This document shows positions 53,911-64,000 of a stretch of DNA of 64,000 nt, one piece after another. Below the pieces are notes generated by a model, which saw only the letters and a list, made by a program, of their open reading frames with translations, did no database searches and was not told where the DNA came from. Position 1 is the stretch's first letter; every line of letters begins with the position of its first letter. Position numbers and translations under genes: made by a program. Source of the DNA: an uncultured delta proteobacterium. Its GTDB lineage: Bacteria; Desulfobacterota; WTBG01; CAIYCZ01; CAIRTM01. The stretch covers positions 1 through 64,000 of the forward strand of contig CAWDSQ010000025.1 in the NCBI GenBank assembly GCA_963804955.1. The letters are read 5' to 3'.

Positions 53911-54197
53911 AGCGGACTTCTTCCAGAATATGTCTGCCGAAAAAAGGCTTTAATGCTTTTTTCGAGACCAAATCAACCTTCGCTCCAAGAAGTTGCTTTA
54001 AATGCTGCTCAAGGCGCATAAACCTTACAAAACCGGCAGGCCGTTTGATTTCAACCAATATATCAATGTCACTCCCCGGCTTTTGCTCACCGCGAATGCA
54101 TGAACCGAAGATGCCGATTTCGAGAACGCCGTAAGTTTCAGCAAGTTCTTTTCTGTTTGTTTGCAGGATTTTTATGAATTTCCTGAAAGGTTTTCAT
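53903..54197 (-). CDS. Minimal nucleotidyltransferase (MNT) antitoxin (one extra base near 54175)
   Basis: Manual translation IGIFGSCIRGEQKPGSDIDILVE..KVDLVS; stop overlaps the HEPN start; not in ORF track. Confidence 0.88.
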
Positions 54198-54430
54198 TGC
54201 AGCCACCAATTTGATTTTTTATAGGAACTTGCTTTGAGATGGGCAGACTATAAAATGAGGGCGATTGTGTGTCAATACGAAGTTTGCCGCAAGATATGGG
54301 CAGGGCTGTCCGGGCAAAAAATAAACGGCGTGATTAAATACCGGGCATTTGCCTGTTGCGAATTCCTGAAAATATGCTATTTTTTTCTGCCTGTCGCGAA
54401 CCTCGGACAACAGATGGAAAGGAACCGGCC

Positions 54431-55711
54431 ATGACCTATGATGTAGCAGTGATCGGCGCGGGACCCGCGGGCCTTATGGCTGCGCTGCGGTCCGCGCAGC
54501 TTGGATTGAAAGTTCTGCTGCTTGAAAAGTTTGATGATATTTCCCGCATCAGGCGCGCCTGCTGCCAGCAGTTTGTCATGGATGAAAACTATGAAAGCGA
54601 AAATATCCGCGTAGAGTCAGGCCGCATTGTTTTCCCTGCCAACGGCTTTGAGGTTGCCTACGGCGGCCCGACCCATTCGATTACTGACACGTATTTCACC
54701 TCCCCCGGCGGGCATGCCGTACACTTCTCCTATCCCGACAAAAGGCCCATAGCCATCAAGTTCGACAAGGGGCTGCTGCTCCAGGGGCTGCTTGAAAAAT
54801 GCCTGAAGGCAGGGGTCGAGTACCAGCCGGAAACGCTTGTCACCAATGCCGTTGACCGCGGGGACCATGTTGAGCTATCCCTGTCGCGGCACCGAATAAA
54901 AAAAACCATAACGGCAAAAAAAATCATCGCCGCCGACGGCGTCAACTCCCGCACAGTGCAGAGCCTCGGGATGAATGAGGGCAGGCCCTGCTTTGCAACA
55001 GCGCTGTGCATCATCTACTCGCTTGAAAATGTCCGCGATTTCGAGCCTACAGCCATGAGGTGGCATATGGGCCGCGCCTACCATTCCTTCGGCCCGGTCA
55101 TTCTCGACCCCTCGCTGCGAGGAGACGCCATTGCCGACCTTGTGGTCATGGGCAGCGCGCAGCTCCGGCCCGAGCAGATTTTTAAAGATTTCACCACCCG
55201 CGGCCCCTGCGCCCGCATGTATGAACAGTCACGGGTTGTGGGCAAGACCGGCTGCACGGTCAAGGCCTATCCCTCCCTCATGACGCCCCATAAGGGCAAC
55301 TGCCTTGCCATCGGCGATGCCGCAGCCTATGTTGAGGTTGAGGTGCAGGGCGGTCTCATGTGCGGCTATCATGCAGCAGCTGCCGTTGCCGACGAGCTTG
55401 AGGGCCGCGGAGGTTTTGACCGCTACACGCAGTGGTGGCAGAAGTCTTTTGAGTTCAACAGCGAGCAGGCCCTGCGGGTAGCGCAGGGCTATGCCCTGGT
55501 GCCCGCCTATGAGGACGACGAAATCGATTATCTGTTCGGCCTTGTGGAGGGCCGCGTGCTCGACGGCGCCTATGGACAGTACAAGGCCCCGCGGCTTATG
55601 TGGGACGCCATATTTGAACACAGAGACCGCATCGCCCGTGAGCGGCCTGACCTGCATGAAAAAATAAAAAACATTTCTCAGATGACGCTTGCGGACGCAT
55701 TCAAAGGCTAA
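54431..55711 (+). CDS. FAD-dependent oxidoreductase, geranylgeranyl reductase-like
   Basis: YDVAVIGAGPAG, IAADGVNS, IGDAAAYVEVEVQG, WQKSFEFN. Confidence 0.88.
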   Translation: MTYDVAVIGAGPAGLMAALRSAQLGLKVLLLEKFDDISRIRRACCQQFVMDENYESENIRVESGRIVFPANGFEVAYGGPTHSITDTYFTSPGGHAVHFSYPDKRPIAIKFDKGLLLQGLLEKCLKAGVEYQPETLVTNAVDRGDHVELSLSRHRIKKTITAKKIIAADGVNSRTVQSLGMNEGRPCFATALCIIYSLENVRDFEPTAMRWHMGRAYHSFGPVILDPSLRGDAIADLVVMGSAQLRPEQIFKDFTTRGPCARMYEQSRVVGKTGCTVKAYPSLMTPHKGNCLAIGDAAAYVEVEVQGGLMCGYHAAAAVADELEGRGGFDRYTQWWQKSFEFNSEQALRVAQGYALVPAYEDDEIDYLFGLVEGRVLDGAYGQYKAPRLMWDAIFEHRDRIARERPDLHEKIKNISQMTLADAFKG

Positions 55712-55886
55712 GTCCATTCATAATGGAAACAAAACAGGAAGCCTGAATCCAGCAGTCAGCATTCAGAAGCGGAGGAATAAGGGCTTCCAAACAAGCAGAT
55801 TTTAAAATAGTTTTGTTTTGATTTTCATTCTGAATTCTGGCTTCTGGCTACTGGCTTCCCGAAATTAACAAAAGAAAGGATTTTCC

Positions 55887-56897
55887 ATGAAACTCGATGT
55901 ATATGCTTTCGGCAGTGCGCTGGTGGATGTGCAGCTGTCGGTTCCGACAAAGTACTTGAGAACATCGGTGCGGTAAAAGGCAATATGGCCCTCACCGAGC
56001 GCGTCGCAGCAGGAGGCTGTGCTCAGGCGACTGATGGGCGCTGACCTCTCCTGCCTTGACAGCCTTGCAGGCAAAGCCAATATGGCAGCCGGCGGCAGCG
56101 CGGCAAATACGGTTTTCGGCGTGGCGCAGCTTGGCGGCTCGGCAGGCCTCTGCGGCAAGGTGGCAGGTGATGCTTTCGGCGATTTTTACATTAAAAACAT
56201 GCAGCAAAGCGGCGTCGCCTTCACCGGGCGCAGGGTCGCGGGCATGACCGGCACCTGCATTATTCTTATTTCCGATGATGCCCAGCGCACCATGCTCACC
56301 TGTCTGGGCGTATCAAGTGAAATCGACTATGACGACATTGATGAAGCGCAGCTGAAAAACAGCCGGTACCTGTATCTGGAAGGCTATCTTTTCGACAGCG
56401 CGCTGGCCACCCAGACCATGCTGCATGCCATCGCTACGGCAAAAAAGCATGGCGTAAAAATCGCTTTCACGGCTTCGGATGCCTTCTGCATCGCCCGTCA
56501 CAAAGACACCTTCCTGAAGCTGCTGCCGCAGATTGATCTGCTGTTCTGCAATGCCCAGGAGGCATGCGCCCTGAGCGATACGGGCACAAATGATGAGGCG
56601 CTCAAAGCGCTTTCCGCCATGTGCCCGGCAATTGCGCTCACCGACGGCGGCAGCGGCTCGCTGCTCTGCTTTAGCGGAGAAACACTGCCGGTGAAGCCCT
56701 GCACCGTATCACCCGTTGACACGACCGGCGCCGGCGACTCCTATGCCGCAGGCCTTCTGTACGGCCTCACCAACGGCCGTTCGCTTGCAGCAAGCGGCGC
56801 CATTGCAAGCCTGTTTTCCTCGCGGGTGGTAGCGCAGCTTGGGCCCCGGTTCGCGGGCGACATCCGCAGCGAGATTGCCGCACTGGAGAGACAGTAA
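55887..56897 (+). CDS. PfkB-family (adenosine kinase-like) kinase (5' frameshift near 55950-56010)
   Basis: MKLDVYAFGSALVD, GGSAANT, DAFG, RTMLTCLG, YLEGY, VDTTGAGDSYAAG. Confidence 0.9.
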
Positions 56898-57052
56898 AAC
56901 AAAAAAGGGGGCGCGACGCAGCATGCCCCCTGCTTAGTATCCTAACCCCCGATTCCTGCTGTTCGTTTCTGATGCCTGCATAAAAAAAGGCGCGGGCAAG
57001 ACAGTTTCCCATGTCTTGCCCGCGCCTTCAAAATACTGTAGTACGAAAAACG

Positions 57053-57475
57053 CTACCGGTTTTTTTTCTCAAGCTCGGGATGCTTTGCAAGCACATTATC
57101 AAGCACGCCGTTGATGAAGGCGCCTGACTTTTCCGTGCCGAATTTCTTGCCCAGCTCTATGGCTTCGTTGAGGGTCACTTTGTAGGGAATATCAGTGCAG
57201 TGGATAATCTCAAAGACCGCCACGCGCAAAATGCAGCGGTCAACCGGTGTAATGCGGGAGAGCGACCAGTTTGTTGCGGTCTTGCCGATCAGCCCGTCAA
57301 TCTCTTTGCGGTGCTCGCAGGTGCCCCTGACAAGCATTTCGGCAAAAGCGCGAAATTCATCCGGCGGGTTGAAATTATTCATATACAACGTCAGCGCCTC
57401 ATCAGGTTTATACCCGGTCATTTCAACCAGGTAGAGCATCTGAACGGCCAGTTCGCGCGATTTTCTTCGTGACAA
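57053..57475 (-). CDS. nusB: Transcription antitermination factor NusB
   Basis: RRKSRELAVQMLY, NWSLSRI..VDR.ILR, NEAIELGKKFG, FINGVLD. Confidence 0.95.
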   Translation of the reverse strand: MSRRKSRELAVQMLYLVEMTGYKPDEALTLYMNNFNPPDEFRAFAEMLVRGTCEHRKEIDGLIGKTATNWSLSRITPVDRCILRVAVFEIIHCTDIPYKVTLNEAIELGKKFGTEKSGAFINGVLDNVLAKHPELEKKNR

Positions 57476-57569
57476 AGCAGTCACCCTTTCCGGATGTAAA
57501 AGAACAATGTAAAATGATGCTCCCCGCTCACAAAGCGGGGCTTTCAAGGCAGCATACCGGTAAAACCGG

Positions 57570-58034
57570 CTAGAAAGCCTTGAGCAAACTCACCATTTCG
57601 ATAGCCGATACGGCAGCGTCCCAGCCCTTATTGCCCGACTTGCTGCCGGCGCGCTCGATGGCCTGCTCGATATTGTCGGTCGTCAGAACGCCGAATGTAA
57701 TGGGTATCTCGGTCTCCAGCCCCACGGTTGCTATGCCTTTTGATACCTCTGCCGCCACATAGTCGAAATGGGGCGTTGCACCGCGGATAACGGCGCCAAG
57801 GCAGATCACGGCATCATACTTTCCCGATTTGGCCGCTTTTTTGGCAATCAGCGGTATTTCGAATGCTCCGGGAACTTTAATGATTTCGATATTTTTTTCA
57901 TCGCCGCCGTGCCGGACTATGGCGTCTATGGCGCCTTCCTGCAAACGGCCGACGACAAAATCATTGAAACGGCTCACAATAAGAGCAAACCGCAGGCCGG
58001 CAGCGGAAAGCTTTCCTTCGAGAATCTTGGCCAT
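57570..58034 (-). CDS. ribH: 6,7-dimethyl-8-ribityllumazine synthase
   Basis: [30 protein letters not shown]. Confidence 0.96.
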   Translation of the reverse strand: MAKILEGKLSAAGLRFALIVSRFNDFVVGRLQEGAIDAIVRHGGDEKNIEIIKVPGAFEIPLIAKKAAKSGKYDAVICLGAVIRGATPHFDYVAAEVSKGIATVGLETEIPITFGVLTTDNIEQAIERAGSKSGNKGWDAAVSAIEMVSLLKAF

Positions 58035-58058
58035 GGCAATCCCTTTCTTGTCTGGGGG

Positions 58059-59285
58059 TTATTCAGGCTTTTTATCGGTCATTTTGAGCATATGCCCGAA
58101 CCGCTCTTTCTTGGTTGAAAGGTAGCGAAGGTTCTGCGGCTTCGGGGGCACTTCAATGGAAACGCGCTCCACGATTTCAAGGCCATAGGCTTCAAGGCCG
58201 ATAATTTTTTTCGGATTATTGGTCAAAAGCTTTATTTTTGCAATGCCCAAATCCCGCAGAATCTGCGCCCCGATGCCGTAATCGCGCAAATCAGCGGCAA
58301 AACCGAGATCTTCATTTGCTTCAACCGTATCGCGGCCTTTATCCTGCAGGGCATAGGCGCGCATCTTATTGAGAAAGCCGATGCCCCTGCCCTCCTGCCG
58401 CATATAGACAATGACGCCCTTGCCGACCTTCTGGATCATGCGCATGGCATTCTCGAGCTGCTCGCCGCAGTCGCAGCGCGCCGACCCCAGCGCATCGCCG
58501 GTCAGGCATTCCGAATGGGCCCGCACAAGCACAGCATCCTCAGGCTCCCAATCACCCTTGACCAGGGCGATATGGTGATGAATGTCCATTACGTTTTCGT
58601 AAATGATCATCTTGAAATCGCCGCCGAAGCGGGTCGGCAGATTGGTTTCGACAACGCGGCGCACCAGCGACTCCTTGGAAAGGCGGTATTTAATGAGATC
58701 GGCAACCGTGACGATATGAATATTGTGCTCGGCTGCGAACTTTTCAAGCTCCGGCATGCGCGACATGGTGCCGTCTTCATTCATGATCTCGCAGATCACG
58801 CCCGCGGGCTTCAGCCCCGCCAGGCGGCACAGGTCGACAGAGCCTTCCGTCTGCCCGGCGCGCCGCAGCACGCCGCCCTTCATGGCCTGCAGCGGAAAAA
58901 TATGGCCCGGGCGGCACAGGTCGTCGGGCTGCGCTTCATCATCGACGCATACCTGTATGGTATTGGCGCGGTCGGATGCCGATATGCCGGTTGTTGCACC
59001 CTTGCGCGCGTCAACCGATACGGTAAAGGCCGTCTGAAACTGCGCGGTATTGTCAGTGACCATCAGCGGCAGATTGAGCTGCTTGCAGCGCTCTTCAGTC
59101 AGCGATACGCAGATCAGGCCGCGGCCGTACTTGGCCATGAAATTAATGGTCTCCGGGGTTGCCATCTCGGCAGCCATGGTCAGATCGCCTTCGTTTTCCC
59201 GGTTCTCATCGTCGGTCAGGATGACCATTCTGCCGTTTTTGATCTCTTCGATAGCCTTTTTTACTCGTTCAATTTGCACCGACAT
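58059..59285 (-). CDS. ribBA: Bifunctional DHBP synthase / GTP cyclohydrolase II
   Basis: [50 protein letters not shown]. Confidence 0.96.
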   Translation of the reverse strand: MSVQIERVKKAIEEIKNGRMVILTDDENRENEGDLTMAAEMATPETINFMAKYGRGLICVSLTEERCKQLNLPLMVTDNTAQFQTAFTVSVDARKGATTGISASDRANTIQVCVDDEAQPDDLCRPGHIFPLQAMKGGVLRRAGQTEGSVDLCRLAGLKPAGVICEIMNEDGTMSRMPELEKFAAEHNIHIVTVADLIKYRLSKESLVRRVVETNLPTRFGGDFKMIIYENVMDIHHHIALVKGDWEPEDAVLVRAHSECLTGDALGSARCDCGEQLENAMRMIQKVGKGVIVYMRQEGRGIGFLNKMRAYALQDKGRDTVEANEDLGFAADLRDYGIGAQILRDLGIAKIKLLTNNPKKIIGLEAYGLEIVERVSIEVPPKPQNLRYLSTKKERFGHMLKMTDKKPE

Positions 59286-59295
59286 CTTGTGTCCT

Positions 59296-59936
59296 TCAGG
59301 TAAAATTATGTTTTGCCAGAAAATCCAGCGTTATGCCGCCATCGGCATCGCGCTTTCCCATAAGTTTTTCAACGTATTTTCCGATCAGGTCATTTTCGAT
59401 ATTCACCTGATCGCCCGGGCCCTTGCCGGCAAGCGTTGTTTTTTCAAGCGTATGCGGAATGATCATGACGCTGAAGTCGCGGCCGGTGACCGTATTGACC
59501 GTCAGGCTGATGCCGTCAATGGCAACGGAACCCTTTTCGATAATATATTTAAGCAGCTGTTCAGGCGCGCTGAACACCAGCCGGATGAATTCTCCCGATT
59601 TCTCCCGCGCGCTGAGCACGGCGAGGCCGTCAATATGGCCCGACACCAAATGCCCGCCGAGCCGGTCGCACAGCCGCAGCGCCCGCTCCAGATTCACCCG
59701 GTCGCCTGCGCGTCTCTTGCCGAGCGTCGTGCGCTGCAGGGTTTCGGAAGATACATCAACGCTGAAACCCTGCGGCTGAATACTGGTTACCGTGAGGCAG
59801 GCCCCGTCAACGGCTATGCTGTCGCCGAGCTTTATCTCCGCCATGGGCAGGCGCACACGATAAAAAGCTCCATGCCGCTGCGCCGGGGAGCAATTCTTTG
59901 TATATTTCCAATATCTTCGACAAGACCGGTAAACAC
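59296..59936 (-). CDS. ribE: Riboflavin synthase (frameshift near 59850)
   Basis: MFTGLVE (GTG start), [45 protein letters not shown]. Confidence 0.93.
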
Positions 59937-60042
59937 GTTTTTGCGGCTTTTCTCTGCTGGTATAAAAAAGATTTAAGGGTGTAAAGTATAGGCCCAAAGC
60001 ACGGCAGGTGTCAATACATAAATCAATAAAAGACCTTCACTT

Positions 60043-60456
60043 TTACGGAAAACTGCCTAGGAGATACTTGTAGCGACTGGGGACTTTAAAACACTTCGCA
60101 TAATCCCTAAGTATTTCCTGATCCTGTGTGCTTTTGTAGTGGTCGTCATTTGCGATGAGAATAACGGAATCTTTCTCTGTAAACCTAAAGAGCTGTAATA
60201 TTTTGTCCCTGTTTTTAATGATCCCCGGAGTACCTAATAACATATATCTTTTGTCCTGGCAGGTTATCCGGCCCCGATCACAGCCATAGGAAGCCTGCAG
60301 CACCGTATGAATATCCGGGGTACAAAAGACCTTGGATGCCTCATTGGTCCAGAATGCATGATGGCCGTCATATGAAGGGGTCGTATCAGGGCTGTGAAGT
60401 TCTCCAAGCAAACATCTTTTATAGAAATAGAAGTATCCGATCTTCTTCTGATCCAT
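60043..60456 (-). CDS. Hypothetical protein in an AT-rich segment
   Basis: 137 aa ORF with GAGG RBS; no recognised motif. Confidence 0.5.
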   Translation of the reverse strand: MDQKKIGYFYFYKRCLLGELHSPDTTPSYDGHHAFWTNEASKVFCTPDIHTVLQASYGCDRGRITCQDKRYMLLGTPGIIKNRDKILQLFRFTEKDSVILIANDDHYKSTQDQEILRDYAKCFKVPSRYKYLLGSFP

Positions 60457-60938
60457 ATCTATGCCGTCCTCAAAAATTTTATGGTTTCCAGAGTGTAAGT
60501 AAAAAAGGGGAATTAAAAAAAATTAATTGTATTGATTCCCCAGCAAGGCCAAAATTGGTATACCTGCATTGGGAGCCTGTAAATTTTTTATGCACAAAAT
60601 ACGCCATTATTTTTATATAAGGAGTAATAATAAAAAGATATGTTATATCAGCTGGATACATAGATAAAAACAGGGGGCTTTATTAGAAACACAGATCTTG
60701 AAACAGACTAAAATACTTCAATCTGGCAGTGTCAAATAATATTATATAGTTTTATTAGACAGATACATTTGTAATACCATTTTGGTAGCGTGATTAATTG
60801 TATACTGACGGCTATTGCTTGTTCTCAATGAAGTCATACGCTTCAGCCGACTTTAAACGCTATTGATCACAACATCTCGTGCAAGCGCCTGTCTGCCAAA
60901 AATTCCACAGTACGGTTCAAGATTACCGACCCTAACAG

Positions 60939-61097
60939 GCTCTCAAAAATAAAGGTTTTTCAATTAATGCGTACACGGACTATGAAAACGCCATGCGATG
61001 GCTGCTTTCAGAGGAAGACCAACCAGACAACAATGATAAAACCAACAAGGTGGATGCAGGCGATGACAAATAGCTGCGCCTGATCCTGCAGCCTCAC
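60939..61097 (+). pseudogene. Gene-cassette remnant (STAS/SEC14-like C-terminus) running into an attC-like hairpin
   Basis: ALKNKGFSINAYTDYENAMRWLLS..* without a start; ggat(g)caggcg / cgcctgatcc stem with a bulged G. Confidence 0.45.
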
Positions 61098-61450
61098 TAT
61101 CTTGTGCCCGCCCCTGCTCGCCCAAAAAATTTACCGTACGGCTTAATGTGGACTGTGGACCATTACGTCAATACTCCACATTATCAGATGAAATCTTTGT
61201 TCTCTCAGATCTAGCCAACCCTGAATGCTAGGGGTTAAGGATTAAGTACGCATTACTACAATTTATTAATTAGTGCGCGATGCGCATCCTGCTGACCTCC
61301 ATCATTAAACTTGACTCTGATGGCCTTTTTTGACAAAACTGACACCGCAGGGTTTGCTGTCATGCGGCATGTCCATGCAACCCCCCAGCCGGCCGGTGGG
61401 TTTAAAAGAAGAAGCGGCGCTCAAAGAAAAAAAGAGACGGGGGTCAGACA

Positions 61451-62431
61451 ATGTTCAAAGACTTCAAAATCGCCTACATTGAAAAAAACGTCAATATAAT
61501 CGAAAAAAGGCCGCTGAGCTTTCTGCGGCAAAGCGTGGCATATATGCTGACGCAGTCGGCCAACACCATTCCGCATGCCGCCATGATTGTGCATCATGAC
61601 GTGACGCCGCTGATTGAATATGCAAAAAGAACCGAGAAAACCATCACGCCCTTTGAGGGCGAAACACCCGAGCAGTTCCGCCTGCGGCGCGCCGTGCGAA
61701 AAAACTATTCGGCCTTCTTCATAAAAGCGCTTGCCCATGCATTCCATGATCTTCCGGGCCTGCCCATGTTTATGGACTATCGCATCTGGCGCGGCCCGGG
61801 TACGCTCTACTATACCGATGATGTCAATATCAGCTATACGGCCAACACCAAATTCGGCGTCATCAAGCCGATCGTGCGCAATGCCCACCAGAAAACAATC
61901 GTGCAGGTGGCGGAAGAAATGCGGGAGCTTACGCGCAAAGCCCGCCGCACCGATGCCAATGAGCTCTATCGCCGCGTCGCTGTAGAATATGTAAAATACG
62001 CGTTCCGGGAGCTGAATTTTAAGGAAATAAAAGGCATGTGGATGCTGCTGCGGGCGCTTCTGTGGAAGCGCGATCCCATAGACCCCGAGTTTGCCGATGT
62101 GCCTGAGGATCAGAAGCTGAAGCCCTCAGATATACTGGGGGCCACCTGCACGCTGGCCAATAACGGCATGATGGTCTCAGGCAATCAGACCCAGACCATC
62201 ATAACTCCGCCGGAGCTCTACATGTTCGGCCTCAGCGATCTGCACCAGGCGCCATGGGTGGTCGACGGGCAGGTAGTGCCCCGCTACGTCATAACATTCT
62301 TTGCCACCATGGATCACCGGGCCCTTGATGCAGGCGAGTCATTCCCCTACTTTGCCAAGCTGGGAGAATATTTTCAGAATCCCGAAAGAATTTACGAGTG
62401 GAAGCCCGAAAAGCCTGCAGCCGCCTCATAG
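61451..62431 (+). CDS. Stand-alone 2-oxoacid dehydrogenase E2-like acyltransferase catalytic domain
   Basis: SANTIPHA, FIKALA, PIVRNAHQK, GATCTLAN, TMDHRALDA; no lipoyl domain. Confidence 0.8.
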   Translation: MFKDFKIAYIEKNVNIIEKRPLSFLRQSVAYMLTQSANTIPHAAMIVHHDVTPLIEYAKRTEKTITPFEGETPEQFRLRRAVRKNYSAFFIKALAHAFHDLPGLPMFMDYRIWRGPGTLYYTDDVNISYTANTKFGVIKPIVRNAHQKTIVQVAEEMRELTRKARRTDANELYRRVAVEYVKYAFRELNFKEIKGMWMLLRALLWKRDPIDPEFADVPEDQKLKPSDILGATCTLANNGMMVSGNQTQTIITPPELYMFGLSDLHQAPWVVDGQVVPRYVITFFATMDHRALDAGESFPYFAKLGEYFQNPERIYEWKPEKPAAAS

Positions 62432-62593
62432 CGGGTTCGCAAGGCACAGAACCGAGAAGTGCGGAGGCGTTTTTTTGAAAGTATAAAAAGGTGTTCATTT
62501 TATCCCCCTTTGAAAGAGGGGGATTCTTTCTGCTACCTCTTGTACGGGGTGCTATACTAACGAAGACTGCTGTATTCAAAAAACGGCCGCAAA

Positions 62594-62630
62594 AAAGCCA
62601 TCACCCAATGACGGGTGATGGCTTTTTTTA
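62594..62630. terminator. Bidirectional terminator
   Basis: aaaaagccatcaccc / gggtgatggcttttttt. Confidence 0.8.
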
Positions 62631-62667
62631 TCAGCTGGGAATTGCCGGCCTGTCTGGCCGCGACGGC

Positions 62668-63810
62668 TTACGCCACTTTGCGCCTGCCCCATTTTGATTC
62701 AAGGGCATAGGAAAACAGCTGCAACAGGGCCTCCTTGTCCATAGGCGGACAGACCGGTATCTTTTCCGGCGGCAGTATTTTTTTGATCGCGCTGCGGTCA
62801 AACAGGGGTTCGCTGGTCAGATAGGGCGCATAAAAAGCGCCCTGATCGAGCAAAAAACCCTCCAATTCCGTCGGCGGCACTTTTTCGAAATCGCTTTTAT
62901 CTACAAGACGCGTTCCGGTGACGCCGAGCACCTCTTCGATCGCATCCTGCATCAGGCCGAGCGTGGGCGGCTGCTCATGCGTTATGTGATAGGTGCCCCC
63001 ATGGGTTGCGGGGTTGTTGAAAATAGCCATGGTCGTATCGACAACATAATCGATATGAACGAAATTCTTGGTCACCGCAGGGTTGCCCAGGCAGCGCGCA
63101 GGGATGATAACCCGGCCCCTGCTGTCTTTTTCCTCAAACGCGCGCCTGGCTGAATCAAAAAAGCGCACAAACATATACATTCCGTTGAAAAGAACAGTAT
63201 GCCCCGATGATGAGTCCCCAACAATGATGCTTGGCCGGTACACGGTTGTGGCAAGCCCCTGCTCGCGGTAGCGGCCTATTATTTTCTCGGCTTCAAATTT
63301 GCTGGATTCATAGCCGTTAAAAAACCCCTGCCCGCGGTCAAGCTCGTTCTCATAGGCCATGTCTTTGCGGTCTCCGGCGACATAGGCCGTGCTGATATAA
63401 TGATAGCCGTAGGATGGCTTGCAGTCGAAAGCAAGGCGGGTTACCTGCTCGGTGCCTTCGACATTTACCTTCCACTGCCGCGGGGCATGTGCCGGATCAA
63501 ACGTCGTCATGGCGGCGCAGTGCAGCACGCAGTCAAGCTCCCCGGCGAGGCGGTCATAAGCGGCCGGGCTCATGCCGAAATGCGGCTTATCGAGCTCACC
63601 CTCCACCACGCTGCACCGCGCAAGCGCCTCATCGGCCTGGGCGGCATCAGCACCGATGCCGTGCAGCGCTTTATGCAGCCGTTCATGGGCCAGTTCGCCT
63701 TTTTGCGAGCGCAGCAGGCAGGCTACATTCCAGCCCTCCAGGGCAAGGGCCCGCGCAAGATAGCTTCCCAGAAATCCGTTTGCACCGGTTAAAAATATAC
63801 GTTTGCTCAT
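62668..63810 (-). CDS. Extended SDR, thioester/fatty acyl-CoA reductase-like
   Basis: FLTGANGFLG, LHCAA, NVEGT, ISTAYVAG, YESSK, RPSIIVGDS. Confidence 0.88.
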   Translation of the reverse strand: MSKRIFLTGANGFLGSYLARALALEGWNVACLLRSQKGELAHERLHKALHGIGADAAQADEALARCSVVEGELDKPHFGMSPAAYDRLAGELDCVLHCAAMTTFDPAHAPRQWKVNVEGTEQVTRLAFDCKPSYGYHYISTAYVAGDRKDMAYENELDRGQGFFNGYESSKFEAEKIIGRYREQGLATTVYRPSIIVGDSSSGHTVLFNGMYMFVRFFDSARRAFEEKDSRGRVIIPARCLGNPAVTKNFVHIDYVVDTTMAIFNNPATHGGTYHITHEQPPTLGLMQDAIEEVLGVTGTRLVDKSDFEKVPPTELEGFLLDQGAFYAPYLTSEPLFDRSAIKKILPPEKIPVCPPMDKEALLQLFSYALESKWGRRKVA

Positions 63811-64000
63811 AGCGACGTGTTCTCTATTATATGAAAGGTTAGAACGATTGTTTACCTATTACAACAAATCCGCCTGTCATGTGTTTCATTTTTTTTGCTC
63901 TTCAACGCTCTATCTGCGGGCATTTAAAGAGCTTGCATGCATGTTTCAGGTCCGTGAAAACAGAAGTCGGAATTCAGCAGTCAGAATTCAGAATAGAAGA

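Noticed and set aside
59937..60040. FMN riboswitch upstream of the rib operon
   Set aside because: No RFN consensus visible and the leader is short

Overview
64 kb of chromosome from an anaerobic, GC-moderate bacterium, most consistent with Deltaproteobacteria/Desulfobacterota (inference from gene content and style). It holds two glycolysis clusters (glgP-fba-pfk-pyk-[4Fe-4S protein]; gap-pgk-tpiA-secG-tRNA-Leu), selA/selC/fdhE, hsp20-hsp20/htpG, tex, mazG, an ECF sigma cluster, aroE and an aroK-ThiF fusion, an MNT-HEPN toxin-antitoxin pair, and ribE-ribBA-ribH-nusB. About 20 single-base frameshifts, many in essential genes, are most likely long-read indel errors. The most notable items are: (1) an unusual seven-gene redox operon (ferredoxin, PorD-like, TPP-motif-less PorB-like, NuoE fused to twin helical repeats, NuoF with a rewritten nucleotide loop, NuoG-N fused to ferredoxin, geranylgeranyl-reductase-like flavoprotein) with no hydrogenase, FDH or PorA catalytic subunit; (2) an A20-type GEMM-I riboswitch (candidate 3',3'-cGAMP sensor) with a terminator platform ahead of modular DUF1566/LRR/TSP3 surface proteins; (3) a PilZ-containing hybrid kinase; (4) an approximately 18-heme lipoprotein cytochrome; (5) nested MITE/REP elements and an attC-like cassette remnant. 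All calls are from reading the sequence by eye; no searches were run.
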